A stretch of 28,129 nt of DNA from Bacteroidota bacterium (lineage in GTDB: Bacteria > Bacteroidota > Bacteroidia > Bacteroidales > JBDKHP01), in the NCBI GenBank assembly GCA_039797645.1, contig JBDKHP010000029.1, positions 1 through 28,129 on the forward strand, read 5' to 3'. Shown in pieces: positions 17,674-25,183 of the stretch. A program made the position numbers and the translations under genes. How positions within the stretch are numbered: the stretch's first letter is position 1; each line of letters opens with the position of its first letter. The notes below the pieces were generated by a model. The model saw only the letters and a list, made by a program, of their open reading frames with translations. It ran no database searches and had not been told where the DNA came from.

Positions 17674-19857
17674 ATGAAATCATGGCTAATAGCTATTTTT
17701 GGGGTACTAATTCCAATATTTACGGTAGCACAACAGGTTTATCTGACAGATAGTATCGAGTTCATACATAAAATCGACAAAAATTTAATACAGGTAACCG
17801 AAGCGCCCAACGAAAGCTTCACCATAAACCAACTCCTCCAAAAGCCTGAAGTATTTGAAGCCCATACCGCCAAAAACTACCTTCCCAGTAAGTCAAACGT
17901 TTCCGCCTGGGCCAAAGTCAAGATTGTATCTACCAGCGAAATAGATCGAGATTTGTTTCTTATTTGGTCCTCACAATCGGGTATGCGCATCAACGAACTC
18001 GAAGCCTACTTGGTACACAATGGGCAAGTACACGAAACCTTCCGCTTTGGCTACAACCGCAAAGCTTCGGAACTCTACAACACAGGCTTTCGCGATCGCT
18101 TCCGGTTCACAATGCTATCAAACGACACCGTTACAATCTACCTACACCTACACAACACCTTGGGCTACCCCCCAAGCTTCGACCTCCTACTTGCAGACAC
18201 CAATTCTTATACCCTATACGAACAAGGCCAAAAGCACTACCACTTTCTCTATTTTGGCGCACTCATCGTAATGATTCTCTACAACTTGTTGGTATATTCC
18301 TTCAATCGCGACAAAACCTACCTATATTATACCCTCTACATGATAAGTAGCCTGGTATATACCCTATACTTCTACCGATACATTATCAATTTCGCCATAC
18401 CCGAATTTCCCTTCCTAAATGCCTATTTCTGGCTCAGTTCGGTAGGAATTTCCACCGTATTCTACTACGCCTTTGTCCGTAGATTCTTCAATACGCCCAC
18501 CATTATACCGCATTGGGATCGGTTAATAAAAGCCGTAATGCTCATCAAGGTAATAGTCTGGCTCACAGAAATGATTGCCTACACCCTATTCCAACCCGTA
18601 AAGCTACTGGTAGATGTCGTAAACGTACAACTAATGCTCGAAGCTGTTTTCACCATCAGCCTCATGGTAAAACTCGCCCGCAACAACAAAGAAACAAGCT
18701 TTTTTGTACTCGCCGGCGCAGGTTTTCTGTGGTCCAGCCTCATCCTCACGACCATACTTTACACCATGGGCTATATGCGTGCGCAGCTCTGGTTTCAAAC
18801 AGGCGCCGTTCTTGAAATACTCTGCTACTCTGCTGGGCTTGGCTACCGGAGCATGATATCCGAACGCGACAAAATAAACGCACAGAAACAACTCTACTTA
18901 GAAGAAGTAAAAAACAAACGCATACAAGAAGAAGCCAACCAAAAACTCGAGCAGCGTATTAAAGAACGCACCCACGAGCTTAGCCAAACCAACGACAAGC
19001 TCCACTCCCTCAACACCGAACTAGAAGCCCAGAAAGAGGAAATCCTCTCACAAAACGAGACACTCTCGTCCACACTACTCGAGCTCAATGTAGCCCACAA
19101 TCAGATACAAGAAAGCATTAAATACGCAAGCCGCATACAACAATCCGTGATGCCGCCCCCACACGAACTCGATCTATACCTCGACACCCACTTTATGATA
19201 TTCCGTCCGCGCGACATCGTAAGCGGCGACTTTTTCTGGGCAAAAAAAATAGGCAACAAAACCATCGTTGCCATTGTCGATTGCACCGGGCACGGCGTCG
19301 GTGGTGCAATTCTCAGCATTCTAGGTATATCCATACTCAACGAAATAGCCAACGCCATACAACTCGGACACTTAGAATTTAGCCCCACAGCCATACTCGA
19401 TCGCCTACGCCAAAACGTAAAAATGGCCTTACACCATGGCGACTATACCAGCCGCGAAGGCATGGACGTAAGCCTCTGCATTATCGACAAAGACAGCCAG
19501 CAGATTCACTTTGCAGGCGCACACAACAACCTACTGATGATACGAAGCAACGAACTCATTGTCTTCAAAGGCGACCAAATGCCAATAGGCCAATACATAC
19601 GCGAAACACCATTTACCACACAAAGCACCCCCTACGAAACAGGCGACATGATCTATATGTACACCGACGGAATTACCGACCAATTCGGCGGAGCACTCGA
19701 AGAGAAATTCAAATCCCACCGCCTACGCGACCTAGTATATAACATCCGCAACCTTACCCTTGCCGACCAGAAAACCGAAATCGAACGCAAACACGAAACC
19801 TGGCGCAAAGGCTACAAACAACTCGACGACATACTCCTTATCGGGATGCGACTATAA
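17674..19857 (+). CDS. 7TM-DISM receptor with coiled coil and C-terminal SpoIIE/PP2C-type phosphatase
   Basis: Signal peptide; beta-rich extracellular region (7TMR-DISMED2-like); multi-TM region 'FLYFGALIVMILYNLLVY..RDKTYLYY'; coiled coil; PP2C motifs 'PRDIVSGDF', 'IVDCTGHGVGGA', 'YTDGITDQFGG', 'QLDDILLIG'. Confidence 0.88.
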   Translation: MKSWLIAIFGVLIPIFTVAQQVYLTDSIEFIHKIDKNLIQVTEAPNESFTINQLLQKPEVFEAHTAKNYLPSKSNVSAWAKVKIVSTSEIDRDLFLIWSSQSGMRINELEAYLVHNGQVHETFRFGYNRKASELYNTGFRDRFRFTMLSNDTVTIYLHLHNTLGYPPSFDLLLADTNSYTLYEQGQKHYHFLYFGALIVMILYNLLVYSFNRDKTYLYYTLYMISSLVYTLYFYRYIINFAIPEFPFLNAYFWLSSVGISTVFYYAFVRRFFNTPTIIPHWDRLIKAVMLIKVIVWLTEMIAYTLFQPVKLLVDVVNVQLMLEAVFTISLMVKLARNNKETSFFVLAGAGFLWSSLILTTILYTMGYMRAQLWFQTGAVLEILCYSAGLGYRSMISERDKINAQKQLYLEEVKNKRIQEEANQKLEQRIKERTHELSQTNDKLHSLNTELEAQKEEILSQNETLSSTLLELNVAHNQIQESIKYASRIQQSVMPPPHELDLYLDTHFMIFRPRDIVSGDFFWAKKIGNKTIVAIVDCTGHGVGGAILSILGISILNEIANAIQLGHLEFSPTAILDRLRQNVKMALHHGDYTSREGMDVSLCIIDKDSQQIHFAGAHNNLLMIRSNELIVFKGDQMPIGQYIRETPFTTQSTPYETGDMIYMYTDGITDQFGGALEEKFKSHRLRDLVYNIRNLTLADQKTEIERKHETWRKGYKQLDDILLIGMRL

Positions 19858-19890
19858 AAAAACGCGGCATTCCGTACAGGTATGCCGCGT
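19855..19890 (-). terminator. Intrinsic terminator for the PurQ-like gene (convergent junction)
   Basis: Stem acgcggcat/atgccgcgt with an A-run on its left, which reads as a U-tract on the - strand. Confidence 0.7.
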
Positions 19891-19915
19891 CACAAAATAT
19901 ATAAGTCCGGAAAAA

Positions 19916-20572
19916 TCAATAACTACCATTGTGGTGCATCACAGACCAAAAAATCTTCAAACCGTCCGTATTGCCCATCTCGTCGTCCACCGCACGTTCC
20001 GGGTTAAAAAGCAATCCCACAAAACGCCGATCGGCCGAACAAGCACCCGCCACACTCTCCAGGGGCACATTCACCCCACACACCTCTTCACCCTCATCCA
20101 GAAACCCAAACAAACGCAAATCGGCCTGAGACTCCTCCAAGCACCACCTACCAGCCTCCGTAGCCAAAGGCAAAAAAAGCACTTCTCCCAATTCTGTCTG
20201 GTTGTTCACCACCGAATCCTGCCCACAGGAAGTCACACTGATTTCCTTATCCACAAATAACTTCCCCATATTTTCGAGAATTTTACCCGGCAACAAGCCC
20301 TCGGCCACAAAAAAAGCCACCGCATCGCCCAGTGCAATCACCGGTTTACCCGCCGACGCCCTTTCGCGCAACAGCGGCCACAAAACAAAATGCGTATCCT
20401 GCGCCCAAGGCACAAAACTCAAATCCTCAGCCACCAAATACACATCGGCTTGGGGCAACTCTTGCCCAGTAGCAGCTACTACCACAGCAGTTTGGTCCAA
20501 CATCACATCAATCGCATACACCAAATTCTCAGTGTTCACAGCGTGCGGAAAATCAATAATTGCAAATACCAT
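19916..20572 (-). CDS. PurQ-like class I glutamine amidotransferase paralogue lacking the catalytic Cys and His (218 aa)
   Basis: Aligns with PurQ from memory: 'MVFAIIDFP' ~ 'MKFAVIVLP'; 'GKPVIALGDAVAFFVAEGLLPG' ~ '[22 protein letters not shown]'; 'LPLATEAG' ~ 'IPVAHGEG'; 'GLLFNPERAVDDEMGNTDGLKIF' ~ '[23 protein letters not shown]'. ATG 20572 is preferred; the 20710 extension is low complexity and runs into repeat C1. Confidence 0.8.
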   Translation of the reverse strand: MVFAIIDFPHAVNTENLVYAIDVMLDQTAVVVAATGQELPQADVYLVAEDLSFVPWAQDTHFVLWPLLRERASAGKPVIALGDAVAFFVAEGLLPGKILENMGKLFVDKEISVTSCGQDSVVNNQTELGEVLFLPLATEAGRWCLEESQADLRLFGFLDEGEEVCGVNVPLESVAGACSADRRFVGLLFNPERAVDDEMGNTDGLKIFWSVMHHNGSY

Positions 20573-20588
20573 ATCGGGTCGTTTCCCC

Positions 20589-20619
20589 CAAATGTAGCAA
20601 AAAAACCAGCAGAAACAAA
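20589..20619 (-). promoter_or_regulatory. Bacteroidota-type promoter for the PurQ-like gene
   Basis: On the - strand: TTTG (20619-20616), N19, TACATTTG (20596-20589), 16 nt upstream of the ATG. The region is CAAA-rich, so a chance -33 match is possible. Confidence 0.55.
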
Positions 20620-20620
20620 G

Positions 20621-20654
20621 CAAAACGCACAAAACACACAAAACACCAAAAGCC
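20621..20654 (+). repeat. Short degenerate tandem repeat (CAAAAC-based, 8-9 nt period)
   Basis: caaaacgca caaaacaca caaaacac caaaagcc, just outside copy C1. Confidence 0.5.
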
Positions 20655-20670
20655 AGTAACTCCCGAAAGC

Positions 20671-20925
20671 AAAAAAATAAAAATAAAGATAAGGAGCTGT
20701 AACTCAACAATATTTGTAAGGGCTGCTACCGGCTCTTGGCTGTAGTCCTCGCAACGGGTACGCAATCACTTGGCTACCCTTATTTTTCAATTTCACGCTG
20801 GTACGAATGGCCACTACGGCTCATGCTGTGGGCTACTTGCCGCGATCCGGGCTAGTTCGGTCGGCAGTACCGTTTGTAAGGCCGTAGGTGCGAGGGGCAA
20901 CACTTTGCGTTGGCCTACGGCCATG
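20671..20925 (+). repeat. Copy C1 of the ~255-bp dispersed repeat (left arm of the doublet)
   Basis: All invariant blocks present (GTAGTCCTCGC at 20742-20752); 43-nt exact run shared with B. Confidence 0.92.
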
Positions 20926-21019
20926 TGGCATTTTTCCGCCCACTGGTGGTGTCTCCTAAAGCGACACCCTCGGTATGTCTGCAGATTCAGCGTTGCCAAC
21001 GGTGAACTGTAATGCGCAT

Positions 21020-21272
21020 CATGGCCGCAGGCCAACTGGCTAGGCGGATACAGCGAAATAACGGCGTGGGTTTGGAAATAAGCCGCACGGTCTAGCCCGG
21101 ATAGTAGCGGTAGCCCACAGCAAGGTGATGCAATTGCCTTTTGTACTGTGCTTCGATTGAAATACACAAGCCGCCAAGTGTAGCAGCACCCGTTTGCGAG
21201 GACTACAAGCGGATAGCCGGCAGCGGGGTTTATTTGAAAAGTCTTGCTCCCGCTCCTTATCTTTATTTTTTT
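21020..21272 (-). repeat. Copy C2 of the ~255-bp dispersed repeat (right arm of the doublet)
   Basis: Reverse complement shares 29-nt (gctgccggctatccgcttgtagtcctcgc) and 30-nt (gctgtgggctaccgctactatccgggctag) exact runs with A; ends in gctccttatctttattttttt. Confidence 0.9.
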
Positions 21273-21689
21273 CTAACAGCTAGTTTGGGCATTCAAGCTG
21301 TTAATTAAGACCGGTTGAGTTTGCAAATACGCTGCTATTTTGAGTCCGTTTTTTTGTTGATCTGAGTGTGTAATCGGATTTTTTTTAGGCTCTACACGTA
21401 GTAAACCCCACGAAAAACAGGGTCTTTAGGTGCAAGGCTAAGCTTTTTTTTGCGGGATGAAAATAGTGCAGCCTCGTTTTTTAATTCGTTAGATTCATGC
21501 AAAATTCAAGAAAAACACAAGCTTGGTTTTTTAATCGGACAATTTGCTCCAGACACGGCTGATGCGTCATTTATGTTATTAAAACACAAAAAACACCTAT
21601 AAAATCGTCCTTTGGGCAGGTTCTACTCAAAAATGATATAACTTTAAAGCCAAATTCACAAACGCTAAAATTACACACACAACACGACA

Positions 21690-22352
21690 ATGGCAAAAAT
21701 TATTCAATTTGGGGAACATGTAGAAGGCTACAAAATCCCTGTTCTCAATGAGCGCGAGATTCGCGCTGCTGCTGGAATTCTTTTCGTACTTATGTTTCTA
21801 TCGGTGCTTATGGCAATTTTAAAAGGCGAATTTACTTTGCTCAAATATGCCGTTTCGATATTTATGGCCGACATTCTTGTGCGGGTACTTATCAACCCAA
21901 AATATGCACCTACGCTCATAATCGGGAGGTTAATTGTGCGTAACCAAACGCCTGAATACGTGGGAGCTGCACAGAAAAAATTTGCGTGGGTAATTGGAAT
22001 TATACTCGCCGCAACGATGCTCATTTTGGCCGTTGTGCTCAATACGTATAGCGCAATTACGGGTCTTATTTGTCTTATATGCCTTATCTTTTTGTTTTTC
22101 GAGTCGGCCTTTGGGATATGCCTGGGGTGTAAATTCTACAATCTTTTTTACAAAGAAAAAGCTCAATACTGCCCCGGAGAGGTGTGCGAACTTAAAGACC
22201 GACAGGAAATCCAGAAAACATCGGCTACGCAGTTGCTTATTGTGCTGGCTTTTGTGGGTTATATCGTGCTGTTGGTTTTTGTGTTTAAAGACAATTTTAA
22301 GGAACGGCCTCACAGTTTATTTCCGATGGAAACCCCTGCACACGCTGAATAG
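21690..22352 (+). CDS. DUF4395-family membrane protein
   Basis: 'LNEREIRAAAGILF', 'EYVGAAQKKFAWVIG', 'FESAFGICLGC', 'YCPGEVC'; several TM helices. Family call is from recognition of these motifs. Confidence 0.75.
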   Translation: MAKIIQFGEHVEGYKIPVLNEREIRAAAGILFVLMFLSVLMAILKGEFTLLKYAVSIFMADILVRVLINPKYAPTLIIGRLIVRNQTPEYVGAAQKKFAWVIGIILAATMLILAVVLNTYSAITGLICLICLIFLFFESAFGICLGCKFYNLFYKEKAQYCPGEVCELKDRQEIQKTSATQLLIVLAFVGYIVLLVFVFKDNFKERPHSLFPMETPAHAE

Positions 22353-22423
22353 TGTGTATAAAAGATAAATCTCGGACACACAATTTCGATTTTTTATCTC
22401 ACAAATCATAAAAACTAATTTTT

Positions 22424-22849
22424 ATGCCCTCACCAGTATCAGAATGCTTGTATTGCCAAAACAACGAGACGCTCGATCGTCTGATGGTTAAGATTTGCGA
22501 CCTTGGTGTTTCGCGTCTGTTTCTCTTTAAAGAACAGTCGTACACTGGCCGTTGCAACGTTGTGTACAAGGATCACGCGGTGGACTTTCACCAACTTACC
22601 GAGTCTGATCGCAATGCCTTTATGGCCGACGTAGCACGCGTAGGTAAAGCTATCGACGCGGCTTTTAGTCCTACAAAAATTAACTACGGCGCATACAGCG
22701 ACACGCTATCGCATTTACACATGCACATTGTTCCGAAATATGCCGAAGGTTACGGTTTTGGTGGTGTTTTCGAGATGAACCCACAAAAAACCTTTCTTTC
22801 CGACGAAGAATATAGTGCATTGATCGAAAAAATTAAAGCCAATCTTTAG
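22424..22849 (+). CDS. HIT-family hydrolase
   Basis: N-terminal CxxC 'CLYC'; histidine triad 'HLHMHIVP'; 'KINYGAYSD'. Confidence 0.9.
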   Translation: MPSPVSECLYCQNNETLDRLMVKICDLGVSRLFLFKEQSYTGRCNVVYKDHAVDFHQLTESDRNAFMADVARVGKAIDAAFSPTKINYGAYSDTLSHLHMHIVPKYAEGYGFGGVFEMNPQKTFLSDEEYSALIEKIKANL

Positions 22850-22880
22850 CGTAAATAGCGTTTTTTTGTGTAATACTTCG

Positions 22881-22914
22881 CAGCCCCACAAGTGAATTTG
22901 TGGGGCTGTTTTTT
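22881..22914 (+). terminator. Intrinsic terminator after the HIT gene
   Basis: Perfect 11-bp stem CAGCCCCACAA/TTGTGGGGCTG, 6-nt loop, T6 tail. Confidence 0.88.
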
Positions 22915-22938
22915 GTGGTTTTCGGACGTGTTTTGCTA

Positions 22939-22969
22939 TTTGTACGAGATGCCGTTTTTATTAACTTTG
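22939..22969 (+). promoter_or_regulatory. Canonical Bacteroidota promoter for metG
   Basis: TTTG (22939-22942), N19, TAACTTTG (22962-22969); lies downstream of the ORF-track start, supporting ATG 23026. Confidence 0.75.
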
Positions 22970-23025
22970 CGGCTTCTATTGGGAGTCGGTTTTCGGCGAA
23001 AAACCCTGATGTAAAAGATTTTGTA

Positions 23026-25056
23026 ATGAACGATATACAACGATACCTCGTAACTTCTGCCTTGCCGTACGCGAATGGGCCTATCCATATTGGCCATTTG
23101 GCGGGTGTGTATGTGCCTGCCGATATTTATGTGAGATTCTTGCGTCTCAAAAATCGGGATGTGGTATGGGTCTGCGGTTCGGATGAGCATGGTGTGCCTA
23201 TTACGCTGAAAGCTAAGAAACAAGGCATTTCGCCACAGGCTGTGGTGGACGAGTTTCATGAGCTGAATAAGAAGGCGTTTGAGGATTTTGGTATTTCGTT
23301 CGATATTTATTCGCGCACCAGCAGCAAGGTGCACCACGAAACGGCTTCGGCTTTCTTTCGGAAGTTGTACGACTTGGGTAAGTTTGTGGAGAATACGACC
23401 GAACAGTTTTACGACCAAGAGGCCGATCAGTTTTTGGCCGATAGATATATTACGGGTACGTGCCCTAAATGTGGCAACGAACGTGCGTATGGCGACCAAT
23501 GCGAGGCTTGCGGTAGTACGCTGAGTGCATTGGAGTTGATTAATCCGCAATCGACACTTTCGGGCAGTAAGCCTATTCTGAAGCCCTCGAAACACTGGTA
23601 TTTGCCGCTCGATCAGTATGAGGATTTTCTGAAGGAGTGGATTTTGGAAGGTCATAAGGAATGGAAATCGAATGTGTATGGTCAGTGTAAATCGTGGATA
23701 GACGGGGGCTTGCAGCCTAGAGCCGTGAGCCGCGATTTGGATTGGGGTGTGCCTGTTCCCGTAGAAGGTGCCGAGGGCAAAGTGCTGTATGTGTGGTTCG
23801 ATGCGCCTATTGGTTATATTTCTGCTACCAAAGAGTTTACGCCAGATTGGGAAAAGTATTGGAAAGCAGACGACACGAAATTGGTGCATTTTATTGGGAA
23901 GGATAATATTGTGTTTCACTGCATTATTTTCCCTGCGATGTTGAAGGCCGAAGGGAGTTTTATTCTGCCCGAAAACGTGCCAGCCAATGAGTTTTTGAAT
24001 CTGGAAAACGATAAGATTTCGACCTCGCGCAATTGGGCGGTGTGGTTGCACGAATATATTCAGGATTTCCCGGAACAACAGGATTCGCTGCGCTATGCGC
24101 TTACGGCGAATGCGCCAGAAACAAAGGACAACGATTTTACTTGGAAGGATTTTCAGGCGAGACACAACAACGAGCTGTTGGCAATTTGGGGTAATTTTGT
24201 GAACAGGGCGGTGGTACTGACCCATAAATATTACGACGGTTTTGTGCCTGCAGCCGATATGAATGCGGGCGATGTGGAAACTCTTGCGCAGATTGCGGAA
24301 CTTACCCAAAAAGTGGAATCGGAAATTGAAACTTATCACTTTCGTTCGGCGCTGAAATATGCGATGGACTTGGCGCGTGTGGGCAACAAATATTTGGCCG
24401 ATCAACAACCTTGGATCGTGCAGAAAACCGACCCCGAACGGGTGAAAACAATCATGAACGTATCGCTGCAAATTGCGGCTGCTACGGCGATTATCTTCGA
24501 GCCTTTTACGCCTTTCAGTACGGCACGTTTGCGCAATTTGCTGAATATGCCAAGCTTTACTTGGGATATGTTGCAAAAAACCGAGTTTTTGCCTGTGGGG
24601 CATAAATTGGGTGCTGCCGAATTGTTGTTCAAACAGATTGAAGATGCGGCAATTGAAGCGCAGGTGCAAAAACTGGAGGATACCAAAAAAGCCAATCTTG
24701 CGCAACAGGCTGTGGCTGCTCCGCAGAAACCAAATGTGAGTTTCGAGCAGTTTCAGACGATGGATATTCGCGTGGGTACAATTCTGGAAGCGGAGCGTGT
24801 GCCCAAGGCTAAGAAATTGTTGAAACTCCTGATTGACACAGGGATAGATAAACGTACGGTGGTATCGGGCATTGCCGAACATTATGCGCCTGCCGACATT
24901 GTGGGCAAACAGGTGTCTATTCTGGTGAACCTTGAGCCTCGGAGTATTCGGGGTATCGAATCGCAAGGGATGATTCTGATGGCCGAAAATTTTGACGGCT
25001 CGCTCAGTTTCGTACAGCCCGACAAGAACAACAAACCAGGTTCGGAAATCAGATAA
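23026..25056 (+). CDS. metG: Methionine--tRNA ligase with C-terminal tRNA-binding domain
   Basis: '[15 protein letters not shown]' (HIGH), 'GSDEHG', Zn knuckle 'CPKC..CEAC', '[10 protein letters not shown]', 'FIGKDNI.FH', KMSKS-equivalent 'KISTSRN', OB-fold '[19 protein letters not shown]'. Confidence 0.97.
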   Translation: MNDIQRYLVTSALPYANGPIHIGHLAGVYVPADIYVRFLRLKNRDVVWVCGSDEHGVPITLKAKKQGISPQAVVDEFHELNKKAFEDFGISFDIYSRTSSKVHHETASAFFRKLYDLGKFVENTTEQFYDQEADQFLADRYITGTCPKCGNERAYGDQCEACGSTLSALELINPQSTLSGSKPILKPSKHWYLPLDQYEDFLKEWILEGHKEWKSNVYGQCKSWIDGGLQPRAVSRDLDWGVPVPVEGAEGKVLYVWFDAPIGYISATKEFTPDWEKYWKADDTKLVHFIGKDNIVFHCIIFPAMLKAEGSFILPENVPANEFLNLENDKISTSRNWAVWLHEYIQDFPEQQDSLRYALTANAPETKDNDFTWKDFQARHNNELLAIWGNFVNRAVVLTHKYYDGFVPAADMNAGDVETLAQIAELTQKVESEIETYHFRSALKYAMDLARVGNKYLADQQPWIVQKTDPERVKTIMNVSLQIAAATAIIFEPFTPFSTARLRNLLNMPSFTWDMLQKTEFLPVGHKLGAAELLFKQIEDAAIEAQVQKLEDTKKANLAQQAVAAPQKPNVSFEQFQTMDIRVGTILEAERVPKAKKLLKLLIDTGIDKRTVVSGIAEHYAPADIVGKQVSILVNLEPRSIRGIESQGMILMAENFDGSLSFVQPDKNNKPGSEIR

Positions 25057-25083
25057 GTTTCGGACTTCATAACATATTATGTG

Positions 25084-25119
25084 TCCCCACAGGCTTGAGG
25101 CTTGTGGGGATTTTTTTTT
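25084..25119 (+). terminator. Intrinsic terminator after metG
   Basis: Stem tccccaca/tgtgggga followed by T9. Confidence 0.82.
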
Positions 25120-25127
25120 GCTACGGC

Positions 25128-25158
25128 TTGTTTTCGAGGCTTTGGGGTAGTAACTTTG
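25128..25158 (+). promoter_or_regulatory. Bacteroidota-type promoter for the endonuclease gene
   Basis: TTG (25128-25130), N20, TAACTTTG (25151-25158), 25 nt upstream of the ATG. Confidence 0.55.
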
Positions 25159-25183
25159 GACACTAACTTTATACATTGGTACG

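Noticed and set aside
9544-21272. Repeat family as a CRISPR array or integron attC sites
   Set aside because: Copies are ~255 bp, kilobases apart and in both orientations; no regular repeat-spacer period, no cas or intI gene, no tandem same-strand cassettes.
22936-25176. 746-aa antisense ORF opposite metG
   Set aside because: Same codon register as metG; it stays open because metG lacks in-frame TTA/CTA/TCA codons under its G/T-ending bias. No recognisable motifs; shadow ORF.
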